From: a virus
Direction: 5' to 3' (one strand)
Length of the DNA: 64,000 bases
IMG/VR virus record: IMGVR_UViG_3300023174_000057
Location: 102,765 to 166,764 of that record
The position numbers and the translations under genes were made by a program. Below, one piece after another: positions 44,617 through 54,428 of the stretch. The stretch's first letter is position 1. Each line of letters starts with the position of its first letter. The notes under the pieces were generated by a model. That model was not told the DNA's origin and made no database searches. It was given only the letters and a program-made list of their open reading frames with translations.

Positions 44617-45692
44617 TGCCCAGCCAGTACATGATCAAGTCGGCGTTTCAGTCGCCCCTCGACGCCTACGACGGGAGCGGGAAGCGCCCGGTGGTGTTCG
44701 ACATCATCGGCCCCGACCGGGTGACTTCTCTGCTCCCCGACGACCTCCGTCTGGTCCTCCACGCCAACCCTCAGTCAATGGCGTTCACCTACGCCAAGAC
44801 GATCTCGCGTCAGCAGACCCTCGCGGGCTACGTCGAGACGCACTGGGGGAGCAACCCCACGGAGATCTCCTTCACGATGACCACGGGCGGCTTCATGCGC
44901 CTGTACTCGGGCCTGTCCTACACGACGGGGCCGACGCCCTCCAACGACCTGATCCAGCCCGCCAGCATGAAGGCTGTGGACGTGCGGGGCACCCGCCGGG
45001 ACACCATCGCCTACGACAAATTCTTGGATATGCTGGCCCTGTTTCACAACAACGGGGCCGTCTACGACAGCCGTGGGACCATCGCCTTCCAAGGGCAAAT
45101 CCTCTGCACCTACGACGAGGGGTCGTGGTGGGGGTGGTTCACGAGCTTCTCCGTGGACGAGACCGCCGACAAGCCCTACCAGTTCACCCTCAACGCGAGC
45201 TTCACGGTCGAGCGAGAGCTCCACCGCACCAAGAGCGTCTACGTCCCACGGGACGTGACGCGTGGCCCGACCTCCCAAGGACCGAGTGCCGGGACGACGG
45301 GCGGGGGCACGGCGCAAGATCCAGACTTCCTCCGTCAGGTCACGGGTAGCGATTTGGACTTCCTCGACCAAGAAGAGAACTTGACAGGGGACGCCAACCA
45401 GCAGGTGCCGACGCCCGCCAACCGTGAACGGGGTACTTCTCGCACGCCCGGGACGGGTGGTCGCGCCACCAGTGGTCGCACTAGCACTAGCAGCAGTGGT
45501 GGCGGTAGCGGCACCCGAAGTAGCAATCGAGGGACGACCAACACGGGTGGTCCCTCCTATTCGGGGGGTGCTTCAGCGAGCACCTCGCGCCCCAACCCGT
45601 CACCGCAAGCGCCCAACGGTGGGCAAGCTACGTTCTCTTCTTCCTCTTCCGCCCCCTCTGAAAACCAATCACGGGCGCTAACCAGCGGTTGA
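44616..45692 (+). CDS. Baseplate/tail tube initiator-like protein
   Basis: LHANPQSM...ETHWG...WGWFTSFSVDETADKPY tube-like fold; position after TMP. Confidence 0.55.
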   Translation: MPSQYMIKSAFQSPLDAYDGSGKRPVVFDIIGPDRVTSLLPDDLRLVLHANPQSMAFTYAKTISRQQTLAGYVETHWGSNPTEISFTMTTGGFMRLYSGLSYTTGPTPSNDLIQPASMKAVDVRGTRRDTIAYDKFLDMLALFHNNGAVYDSRGTIAFQGQILCTYDEGSWWGWFTSFSVDETADKPYQFTLNASFTVERELHRTKSVYVPRDVTRGPTSQGPSAGTTGGGTAQDPDFLRQVTGSDLDFLDQEENLTGDANQQVPTPANRERGTSRTPGTGGRATSGRTSTSSSGGGSGTRSSNRGTTNTGGPSYSGGASASTSRPNPSPQAPNGGQATFSSSSSAPSENQSRALTSG

Positions 45693-45699
45693 GAAGCAC

Positions 45700-47004
45700 A
45701 TGGCGAAACAAGTCCACCAGCCCGCCGCGCTCTTCGCAGGTATCCCTGATGTCGTCGGCACCTCCACGGGGGTCACCTTTGGTCGCGCCATCGACGTGCA
45801 GGAGGGCATCCCCCTCTACGGGTCGAGGTCGTACCTCCGCACCTACTCGCCGTTCGTCATCCGGGTGGTGCTCCCCAGCATCATCGGTGGCGACCAGAGC
45901 ACCCTGCTCCAGACGCAGCTTGCCCCCGAACGGCAACCTCCCGCTCCCGAGGCCCCCACGGTGCGGTCGAGTAATCGCGCCGTCACCTACTCACAGGCCA
46001 TGCAGGGTCCGCGTGTGGACCCCACGGGCATCGGCGCGTACCAGAGGTTGGTGCGGAGCGGGGAGGCCCTCCCCGGCCTCTCGGAGGCGTCTGAGGGGTC
46101 GCTGGAGGACGCCTACAACCAAGCCCTCTTCCAGCAACAGTTCTCGGAGCAGCAACGGAATGTCAGCACCGCGCCCGCGTCCACCCGCAACGGTGGTGAG
46201 ACCCCGGCGCTCACCAACGACACGACGGCGCTGTCTCTAGCCCTCCAGATCAAGCGCCTGTCGAAGATCCCACCTCTCCTCATGCTCGTCAACCCGTCGA
46301 GCATGAAGGTGGCCTACGCCAAGATCGCCCAGTTTCAGAACCGCAATCGGTACGGGTACGTCTACGAGGCGTGGGGCGAGGAGATGCCCAAGCTCTCCTT
46401 CACGTTCAAGATCGGGGCGTACATCGCAGGGCTGAACAGCCCCACCCAACAGGGCTCCGTGGTGTCGGGCCTCCAGCGGGCGTCCCGCAACGACAGCGCC
46501 TCGTGGCAGCAACTCATGAACCTCCTCGCCCTCTTCCAAGGCGGGACGTACTTGCAGGACACGGAGCAGAACACCCGCGCCTTCCCAATGGTCGGTAACC
46601 TCGCCATCGAGTACGACCAGATGGTGTACGTCGGGCACATGGAGAACTTCACCTTCACCGACGACGAGGGCCACCCTCACGGCGGCATCGAAGTGGGCAT
46701 CGAGTTCGTGGCCAACAAGGTCTTCGACCTCGCGCCCCAGCCCGGGGAAATCGGCCCTCTCCGTGCGCCGTCCAATCCCGAACCGAGGGACCACGGTGGC
46801 CGAGGCTTCCTCGCCCGCACGGGATCGGGGTCGAGCTTGTCCCTGTTCCGTATGCCCGGTATTGGTGGGGACTCGTCAATCACTACGGACATCAACCGCG
46901 CGTGGGTGAGCGCCACTCAAGAAGCTCCAGCAGTCGCCCCCGGCACGGTGTCAGGTCTCGGCGGTGGTAACTCCGAGTCCATTGTGTTCTCGCGGAGGCG
47001 TTGA
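45700..47004 (+). CDS. Second baseplate/tube initiator-like protein
   Basis: MLVNPSSM...YEAWGEE...YVGHMENFTF, paralogous to upstream gene. Confidence 0.55.
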   Translation: MAKQVHQPAALFAGIPDVVGTSTGVTFGRAIDVQEGIPLYGSRSYLRTYSPFVIRVVLPSIIGGDQSTLLQTQLAPERQPPAPEAPTVRSSNRAVTYSQAMQGPRVDPTGIGAYQRLVRSGEALPGLSEASEGSLEDAYNQALFQQQFSEQQRNVSTAPASTRNGGETPALTNDTTALSLALQIKRLSKIPPLLMLVNPSSMKVAYAKIAQFQNRNRYGYVYEAWGEEMPKLSFTFKIGAYIAGLNSPTQQGSVVSGLQRASRNDSASWQQLMNLLALFQGGTYLQDTEQNTRAFPMVGNLAIEYDQMVYVGHMENFTFTDDEGHPHGGIEVGIEFVANKVFDLAPQPGEIGPLRAPSNPEPRDHGGRGFLARTGSGSSLSLFRMPGIGGDSSITTDINRAWVSATQEAPAVAPGTVSGLGGGNSESIVFSRRR

Positions 47005-47005
47005 C

Positions 47006-50000
47006 GTGTCCATTCAAAATCGCCCTTACGTTGGCACTTGGGCCGCGAACAAGCGCAACGTCGTCCAGTGGACGCCTGACTTTTTGGTGTACCTCAACGG
47101 AGACACCTCCCTCCCGGGGTGCAACGTCTGCCACCACAACATCAACCTCAACGAGTTCATCAACTCGATCTCCGTGGACTTCTCGACGGAGCCCGGTGCG
47201 TCGAACTGCTCGTTGGCCTTGGCGATCCCGCGCCATTACGGGGACTCGATCTTCCGCGACGGCAACACCCTGCTGCGACCGGGGCTGGAGGTCCACGTCT
47301 ACTTCCGGGGCTACTTCCCGATGAAGGGGCTCCCTTCGCCCAACTCGCAGCCCGTGGCGGGGATCAACCTCTCGGACATCCCCCAGTACCCGTACTACCC
47401 CGTGTTCCACGGCGTCGTCACGAACGTCACCCAGAGCTACTCCGGGGGATTCTACACGGCGAATATGTCCTGCAACGGGATGCTGCACTTCTGGGAGTTC
47501 CAGAAGCTATCCGGCGCAGAGGGCGGCTCCTTCTTCGGCGCGCGGCCCGACAACAGCGGCATCCGCACCACCATCAGCGGTCACCCCATGACGGGCATGA
47601 CCCCCTACGCGATCATCTACAACCTCTACCGGGACACCGCTGGCATCGCGGATGGCGTGGGCTTCGCTCTCTCGTCGCGCACGAACTACGGCGCGGTCAA
47701 CAGCACCACGAATGACCCCCTGTACGCCCTCACCCTGCGCTACTGGGAGCAGCGGTTCCGCAACAAGATCTACGGACTGCGGATGCACGGTGCTTCGGGG
47801 CAGTTGTTCACGGCCTCGCAGCAAGCCTACCTGTCCATGTACAACACCAACAGCTATGGTGGGTCGGCGGGCACGGCGAACATCAGCGGGTCGGCGGCGA
47901 CGCCCAACACCAACATCTGGGCGCAGGACCCCGCCCTCCTCCTTGGGCTGCGCGTCCGGGGTGCAGACGGACGGGTGCTCCGTCAAGCTGACACCCGACT
48001 GCTCGCGTCGGGCAACGGTCGCGACCAGATCGGTCTGGACGTGTCCAACCTCCAAGCGTACCCGACGAACGTCGGCAGCTACGGCAACGTCAACCTCTGG
48101 GAGTCCACCTACGAGACCAAGATGGCCGTCGCCGGGGCGGTGACGCAGGTCAGCGGCTACGAGTTCTTTCAAGACTGCGACGGTGACCTCGTCTTCAAGC
48201 CGCCGCTGTACAACCTCGACACCTCTTCGTCCCGGGTCTACCGCATCGAGCCCGAGGACATCGTCTCCCTCACGCTCACGGAGGCAGAGCCCCAAGCCAC
48301 CTACTGCATCGTGAAAGGCGGGGCGTTCAGCAACATCCAAGGGGTGATGGACGAGTCCCAGTTTGGGATGCGGTCCACTTACGTTGACTACAAGCTCGTG
48401 GCGCAGTTTGGCTGGAAGGAAGCCAGCGTCGAGAGCCACTACTTCACCGACCCCAAGGCCGCGTTCTTCTTCGCGATCAACCACTTGGACCGCACGAACG
48501 CCGGGACGAACTCTGGCAACGTGGTGATCCCGCTGCGCCCTGAGATCCGTGTGGGCTACCCGGTGTACATCGCCCACATCGACTGCTTCTACTACGTCAC
48601 GGCGGTGGCCCACTCGTTCAACCTTGGCGGGGAATGCACCACCACCCTCACGCTCACGGCGCGGCGCAGGAAGTTCTTGGCCCCGGCGTCGGAGTCATCC
48701 GTGAGAAACGGTGCCACGGCGTCGGATGCCACCCTCTCGCAGATCGACCTCTCCAAGACGGCCAACCCGGTGCTGGCCCTTCAGAAGTTGGACGAGAGCG
48801 GTGTCCCGCGACTGATTGGGTTCCCGAACGTGGTGATGGCTATCGACCCGACCACCATCAACCCGCTCTTCTCTGTCTCGGGCTTCCAAGCCTTGGACCG
48901 GGAGCTCCGGGGGACAGGTCGAAATGGTGCGCGCACGGAAGCGGACAATGACCGACGACGACTGTTCGTCTGGCAGTTCATCCAGCAGATGCTCACGCGC
49001 CGACCCCCGCTGCTCTCGCCCGCCGATCAGGTGCAGGAACCCTCAAACCAACCGCCCCCCACGACGGACTTCCTCGCTCGGAATCAGTCCCAGACGTACG
49101 TCGTTGCGGGCCTCCCCGGCGGCGCGAACGGTGCCACGGTATCCACGGGTTTCGTCGTGTCCGTGTCGGACATCCAGACCGCCCTTGAGGTCTACCAGAC
49201 CACACGATCTCGCGCCCGTGAAGCCCGATCCGAACTCCAGCGGCGGATCATCGCCCAGCAGCAAATTCTCCGTGCGAGGAACAGCACGCCTCAAGCACAA
49301 GAACAAGCTCGGATCGAAACGGGGAGGCTTCAGGGGCGAATCACAACCCTCAACTCCAACTTCGACTTCGTGTCGGCACAGCCCGCCAACGACGTGGTCC
49401 GTTCGTACTACAGCAGCTACAACACCCTTGCGGGGGTGGTCAACGAGGTCACGACCAACCAGCCGAATCGCTTGCAAACGACGGCGGTGTCCAACCGTCT
49501 GAGCATCACGGACAACGCCGGGAAGGTCATCCTCATGTCCTACCTGATCGGGCAGTTCCGCGTGCCCCAAGGTAGCTCCGGGGACATCCAGACGGACCCT
49601 TCGGGCACGGTCAACCAGAGTGCCAACCTCCTCCAGCACCTCTCTGACCGCAAGGCGAGCCTCAACCTCACGGTGCCGGGGTACTACAGGTACTACTCGG
49701 CGTCGCATCCCAATCCCGACCAGCAGGGCTACCTCCCCATCTCCCGCGAGGTGCTTCTTGGTGGTCAAGCCGAGACGATTCAGTCCGTCCCTGTGGGAGC
49801 GTCGGTCAGCCGCGAGGGCAGGATCATCGGGCGAACCTCACGCGAGGTGGCCTACCAAGAGACCCACCTCACGGGCCAACAGGCAGCGGCGTACATCATC
49901 CAAGCGTGGCGGCAACTCCACAACGGGCAGAGCCCACCGAATGGTGTCGCGCAACTTCTGGTGTCTCAGTGGGCACTGGAGACGGGCACCGGACGGCGGA

Positions 50001-52372
50001 TGATCAACTACAACTTCGGGGGCATCAAAGCCGTGCGAGGCGGGCTCCGTACCCGGTATGGGACCACCGAGGGTGCCGTCTCCACGGGAAACTTCCAGCG
50101 CGCTCGTCTGTGGTTCCAAGCCTATGGGTCGCCCGAGGAAGGTGCCCTGCACTTCGTCCGAATTCTCTCCGCAGGGATGCACCGCGAAGGTCTCGCCCAG
50201 TACATCCGTGCCTTGGAGGGGGGCACAGAGCGCGCTGTCGCAGCGGCCAACTACGTCCGTCAGCTTCGGCGCACCAACTACTTCACGGGCGATGTCGAGG
50301 ACTACGCCAGCAACGTCAGCCGCATTTCCACGGGGGTCGCCAACACTTGGGTGCAGAACGCTTCCACGAGCGGCACGCCCCAAGGCACGGGGGCGGTCCC
50401 CGTGGACCCCGCCGCGCAGACCAACGAGCCCCCGCAGACGGTCCGTATCCCAGAGACGGAGCTCTCCACCAACGTGGTGCGCCCTGCCACGCAGACGCCG
50501 GGGGTGCCAGAGTCTCGTCGGGGTGAGTATGTGGACGTGCTCCCCGGGCACACCGCAGAGAAGGGTCTGAAGGTGCGGGTCATCACGGACTCGTCTCCGC
50601 GCGTGGTCCCGACGAACCTCATCTACTCGATGACGTTTGAGGTGCGGGGGACACAGGCCCTCACCAACACGTCGGTCATCGCCTTCAACCCGGCGCAGCC
50701 CCGGCAGTTCACGGACTTCGTGAACGCTTGTCTCGCGAACGGCGGGCCAAGGGAGTTCGTGCGTGCCCTCGCCAACAGGTTCAAGGCTCAAGCGGGACAG
50801 GGTGCCACGACCGTCACCCGCCCCGACGAAGCCTCCGTGCGGTCCCTCATCGACGCCGCCGTGGCCGGGATCGAGGGTCTGTCCTCCGCACGGGGATTGA
50901 TCCCCACCCCAGCCGACCTGTCCCTCGTGGATCGCGGCACCCCGGGTCGAGCCGTGGTGCCACGGCAGACGGCCCAAGACTTGGGCCAATCGGCCTTCAT
51001 CCCCATCCAGAACATCACGGGCGGGAGGCCCAATGACTACAACCCCTCGCCGTTCCGACCCATCCGAAACAACGGTGAAGGGGCATCGATGCAGGTGCTC
51101 CACGCCAAGGCGGCAGCACTGATCCGCGAGGTCACCAAGTGCAACGAGCCGGAACTGCGCGAGGCGCAGACTCTATTGGCACCGCTACGCACCATTCAGA
51201 GCGTCCCCCCGGAGGTGATCCGTCTCATCGCGCCTTGGGAGGACTGTCTCAAGAAGCTCTTCCGACAACCGACGCTCCCGCAGTTTGGGCCGTTTCGGCC
51301 CCAGACATCACTGCAACTCACGGAGACCAACCTCGACGATTTCTCGCCTGTGTTCCCCGTGTCCGACGCACAGGGCTACGAGCACTACGGCTCCTACCAA
51401 TACGGGCGTGGGCTGACCATCGAACCGGGAGGAAACTACGAACGGTTGATGGCCACGGACCCCTTCCAGTACATCTCCGACGAGGCGCGGGAGAGGTTTC
51501 TCCAAGCCCTCCGTAGCAGTGCTGATGGGCGCGCTGCGCGTGTCGCACGGGTCATCCGCGAGATCGCCAACGACGAGAACTTCCGCAACAGCCCCGGTGC
51601 CCAGATCGCCCTCGACTACGCTCGCAGGGCGGGGCAGAGCGGTTCCGACCGCACGGCGATGCTCGCCTTCGGGATGCGGAACTACATCATGTCCGACCGG
51701 GACGCGGTCATGAAGATCCCGGTCAACAACGCGGCTTTCCAGTTGTCGGAGCTCCGACCGTTGGGCCAGCAGGACACCTGCGCGTGCCGGGGGGCCGAGA
51801 GCGACCTTCTCCTCGCGGCGTACATGGCGGGGTCAGAGGGGTTCACCCAGATCGTCCAGACGGAGGACGAGGCCACGAACTGGGTGCGGGGACAGATGGT
51901 CCAAGCCGCAGCGTCGTGGTCGCAAGCTCAGTCGCGGATGCGTGGGATGGCCACGGAGCAGGGGCGGCGGTCTCTCTTGGACTCCGTGGACGGGTGGCAG
52001 GGCTTGGTCAACAGTTTCCGCGAGACCAACACCACCTTGGCGAACAACCTCACACAGGGGGTCTCCCAAGCGGTCGAGCGCCGAGACGCCAACTTCAACC
52101 AAGTGATCGAGAACACTCGCCGTTCCTTGGGCATCACGGATGCGCCCACCACGACAGCGCCACCCACGCCACCCAGAGCTTCGATCACCACCACGCCTCT
52201 GACAAACCCGGTGATCTCCCCCACGACTCCGACCGTGCGAGCGGCACCGAATCCGCTCGCCATCGTCACCCCAACAACGGTGCCGAACATCGTTCCGTCA
52301 CAGAGAAACGTACCGGAGCCGCCGATTGCCCCGCCCGCGACCACCCCACCCGTGCCCCCGCGCCGTCAGTAA
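47006..52372 (+). CDS. Baseplate hub-like protein with inserted GH73/FlgJ-like muramidase domain
   Basis: YEFFQDCDGDLVFKPP and LRPEIRVGYPV..YYVTAVAHSF hub motifs; QWALETG..NYNFGGIKA..FQAYGS..NYFT. Confidence 0.7.
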   Translation: MSIQNRPYVGTWAANKRNVVQWTPDFLVYLNGDTSLPGCNVCHHNINLNEFINSISVDFSTEPGASNCSLALAIPRHYGDSIFRDGNTLLRPGLEVHVYFRGYFPMKGLPSPNSQPVAGINLSDIPQYPYYPVFHGVVTNVTQSYSGGFYTANMSCNGMLHFWEFQKLSGAEGGSFFGARPDNSGIRTTISGHPMTGMTPYAIIYNLYRDTAGIADGVGFALSSRTNYGAVNSTTNDPLYALTLRYWEQRFRNKIYGLRMHGASGQLFTASQQAYLSMYNTNSYGGSAGTANISGSAATPNTNIWAQDPALLLGLRVRGADGRVLRQADTRLLASGNGRDQIGLDVSNLQAYPTNVGSYGNVNLWESTYETKMAVAGAVTQVSGYEFFQDCDGDLVFKPPLYNLDTSSSRVYRIEPEDIVSLTLTEAEPQATYCIVKGGAFSNIQGVMDESQFGMRSTYVDYKLVAQFGWKEASVESHYFTDPKAAFFFAINHLDRTNAGTNSGNVVIPLRPEIRVGYPVYIAHIDCFYYVTAVAHSFNLGGECTTTLTLTARRRKFLAPASESSVRNGATASDATLSQIDLSKTANPVLALQKLDESGVPRLIGFPNVVMAIDPTTINPLFSVSGFQALDRELRGTGRNGARTEADNDRRRLFVWQFIQQMLTRRPPLLSPADQVQEPSNQPPPTTDFLARNQSQTYVVAGLPGGANGATVSTGFVVSVSDIQTALEVYQTTRSRAREARSELQRRIIAQQQILRARNSTPQAQEQARIETGRLQGRITTLNSNFDFVSAQPANDVVRSYYSSYNTLAGVVNEVTTNQPNRLQTTAVSNRLSITDNAGKVILMSYLIGQFRVPQGSSGDIQTDPSGTVNQSANLLQHLSDRKASLNLTVPGYYRYYSASHPNPDQQGYLPISREVLLGGQAETIQSVPVGASVSREGRIIGRTSREVAYQETHLTGQQAAAYIIQAWRQLHNGQSPPNGVAQLLVSQWALETGTGRRMINYNFGGIKAVRGGLRTRYGTTEGAVSTGNFQRARLWFQAYGSPEEGALHFVRILSAGMHREGLAQYIRALEGGTERAVAAANYVRQLRRTNYFTGDVEDYASNVSRISTGVANTWVQNASTSGTPQGTGAVPVDPAAQTNEPPQTVRIPETELSTNVVRPATQTPGVPESRRGEYVDVLPGHTAEKGLKVRVITDSSPRVVPTNLIYSMTFEVRGTQALTNTSVIAFNPAQPRQFTDFVNACLANGGPREFVRALANRFKAQAGQGATTVTRPDEASVRSLIDAAVAGIEGLSSARGLIPTPADLSLVDRGTPGRAVVPRQTAQDLGQSAFIPIQNITGGRPNDYNPSPFRPIRNNGEGASMQVLHAKAAALIREVTKCNEPELREAQTLLAPLRTIQSVPPEVIRLIAPWEDCLKKLFRQPTLPQFGPFRPQTSLQLTETNLDDFSPVFPVSDAQGYEHYGSYQYGRGLTIEPGGNYERLMATDPFQYISDEARERFLQALRSSADGRAARVARVIREIANDENFRNSPGAQIALDYARRAGQSGSDRTAMLAFGMRNYIMSDRDAVMKIPVNNAAFQLSELRPLGQQDTCACRGAESDLLLAAYMAGSEGFTQIVQTEDEATNWVRGQMVQAAASWSQAQSRMRGMATEQGRRSLLDSVDGWQGLVNSFRETNTTLANNLTQGVSQAVERRDANFNQVIENTRRSLGITDAPTTTAPPTPPRASITTTPLTNPVISPTTPTVRAAPNPLAIVTPTTVPNIVPSQRNVPEPPIAPPATTPPVPPRRQ

Positions 52373-52938
52373 GGGCGAGGGGTCACCCACGGGGCGCACT
52401 CCTCGTGGAGAAATCCAAGATTCCCGCCGCACCAGACCCCGGGCTTTCGCGACCCGCCGAACGGGTGCATCGGCTCCTCGCAGCGTGGACACGTCGTCAG
52501 CGTGCGCTTGACCTCCAGCGTCTCAGGCTTCTTCTTCCAGACCCCGTCCCCGCCCTTTTCGCGGAGGTAGTTCCAGTAGGGCGCGGCGAGGTACGGGGGG
52601 TCGAAGAGCGGGCAGTCAGGGAAGTGCTCGGACAGCGAGAGCCCGATACGGGGGTCTTCCTCAAAGAGCTTGTAGGCCATCTTCCGGGCGATCTCGTAGT
52701 AGCTGCGCCAGATCCCCCGCTCCAAGTCCTCCTGCGGGACCTTCTTGGTGTAGAACACCTCACGGATCGTGTGGCCCTGCACCGACCCTATGCTCACGGT
52801 CAAGCCCAGCACGGTCTGCTGCGCGAACGGGTGTGGCTCGTGGATCACCGTCACGGACAGGTGGGGGTGTTTCTGCGGGGTCACGTCCCCCAGCACGATG
52901 CTGGTGATGAACTCCGGGTCGATATCAACTCTTGGCAT
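52366..52938 (-). CDS. Hypothetical protein with C-terminal Zn ribbon
   Basis: CPRCEE...HEEC; good codon bias on - strand. Confidence 0.6.
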   Translation of the reverse strand: MPRVDIDPEFITSIVLGDVTPQKHPHLSVTVIHEPHPFAQQTVLGLTVSIGSVQGHTIREVFYTKKVPQEDLERGIWRSYYEIARKMAYKLFEEDPRIGLSLSEHFPDCPLFDPPYLAAPYWNYLREKGGDGVWKKKPETLEVKRTLTTCPRCEEPMHPFGGSRKPGVWCGGNLGFLHEECAPWVTPRPY

Positions 52939-53100
52939 CGTCTAGCCACGACAGGTCAAGGGTCCATTGGTGCTGTGACCGCTCCCGCCACACACGGAAC
53001 GCTTCCGTGACGTGCGCCGTGGTCTGCTCTGGTGTCCACCCGTTCACTCGGTCGAGATGGATCATCGCCCGATCACCGTTGCCGTGACTGACCTCGTTGC
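52925..53100 (-). pseudogene. Stranded original 3' end of the HNH-like gene at 53935-54375
   Basis: HLDRVNGW...AFRVWRERSQHQWTLDLSWL aligns with HLMKVNDW...SFDQWRKRSNVTWTLDLTWL. Confidence 0.75.
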
Positions 53101-53132
53101 TTCCCGGACACACATAGGGTAAGCCCCTATTC

Positions 53133-54017
53133 ATGTCGAAGCCTTTCGGTGAGATCTACGTCATTCGGAACCGTGTCAACGGAAAACTCTACGTCGGTCA
53201 AACCACCCAAGGCGTGGCCTACCGATGGAAGGGTCACATCAAAGGGTTGGGGAACGGTAGGACGTATCATGGGTTGAAGGGGGCGATGGAGAAGTACGGG
53301 GTTGAGAATTTTTCGTTGGATGTACTGGACACGGCGGATACCCGAGAGGGTCTGGATGCGAAGGAACGTGCATGGATCGCATCCCTTGGTAGTTTGGTGC
53401 CGGGAGGGTACAACCTCAAAGACGGGGGGCAGGAAGGTTCTGCGTACTCTGCCGAATCCAGAGAACGGAATCGGCAAACCCAGCTAGGTAAGAAACACAC
53501 CGCCGAGTCCAAGGCCAAGATGAGTGCCGCACGAAAAGGGAAGCCCAAGTCGCCCGAACACGTTGCGAAGGTTCGCGCGGCACTTCTAGGTCGCAGACCT
53601 TCGGACGCCGCTATGGCCCGATCCCGCGAAGTTTGTACGGGACGCAAGATGTCTGATGAGTTCAAGGAAAACAACAGGCGAAAGCATCTTGGGAAAAAAG
53701 ACTCGGATGCCACACGGGAAAAGAAACGTCTAGCCCTTCTGGGTAGGAAGTTCTCAGATGCGTCTATCGCGAAGATGAAGGCCACCAAGAACACCCCTGA
53801 AGCCTTGGAAGCTGCTCGGCTCCGTTCTACGGGCAAGAGGCACAGCCCCGAAACGAAGGCGAAGATCGGTGCAGCTAGTCGGAACAGGAAGCCGACCTTC
53901 GGAAGATCTCCGAAGGTGTTGTTGCCCGATGCCGTCAACGGAAATCCTTCAACCACGTCAAATCCAGAGTCCACGTCACGTTCGACCGTTTTCGCCACTG
54001 ATCAAATGACTGACTGA
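53133..54017 (+). CDS. GIY-YIG homing endonuclease with NUMOD3 repeats
   Basis: GEIYVIRNRVNGKLYVGQT...GYNL; repeated GKKHTAESKAKMS; lower GC than flanks. Confidence 0.9.
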   Translation: MSKPFGEIYVIRNRVNGKLYVGQTTQGVAYRWKGHIKGLGNGRTYHGLKGAMEKYGVENFSLDVLDTADTREGLDAKERAWIASLGSLVPGGYNLKDGGQEGSAYSAESRERNRQTQLGKKHTAESKAKMSAARKGKPKSPEHVAKVRAALLGRRPSDAAMARSREVCTGRKMSDEFKENNRRKHLGKKDSDATREKKRLALLGRKFSDASIAKMKATKNTPEALEAARLRSTGKRHSPETKAKIGAASRNRKPTFGRSPKVLLPDAVNGNPSTTSNPESTSRSTVFATDQMTD

Positions 54018-54375
54018 TGTGGTCGTCTGCCGTATCCCCCGACCAGTCGTTCACCTTCATCAAGTGCGCCCTACTAACGTGGGCTAGTCCTACCTGTACG
54101 GCGAACCCAAAATGCTTCGTTTTATGGCACGGGGGGCATAGGGCTTCCAGCCCGACGAGCTTCTGGACGTGGTTCACGTCATCGTACTCCCACCGCTCGT
54201 GGCACTCCACGGGGTGCTTTCGCCCCCGCCCGCCGCAGACCTCGCACTTGTGACCCGCCCGCGCGTAGGTAGCCTTACGGAGCCGGTCCCATTCCGAGGG
54301 GCGCAACTCGGAACGGAGATTCCAGCCCCAAGTCGATTGCGGGACGAGTTCGACGATCAATTTCGCGGGCGGCAT
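53935..54375 (-). CDS. HNH-like nuclease-fold protein
   Basis: WDRLRK...CEVCG...ECHERW...LCPPCHKTKH. Confidence 0.75.
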   Translation of the reverse strand: MPPAKLIVELVPQSTWGWNLRSELRPSEWDRLRKATYARAGHKCEVCGGRGRKHPVECHERWEYDDVNHVQKLVGLEALCPPCHKTKHFGFAVQVGLAHVSRAHLMKVNDWSGDTADDHISQSFDQWRKRSNVTWTLDLTWLKDFR

Positions 54376-54428
54376 CGGTGAACCTTACGCCCGCGACCCT
54401 ATCCCTTCTATCCCCCACGGTGGTAGCG

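Noticed and set aside
32631-52372. Bacterial contractile injection system or tailocin rather than phage
   Set aside because: Context of homing endonucleases, inteins, decoration/neck-like genes and no host genes fits a large phage, although capsid and terminase are not in this window
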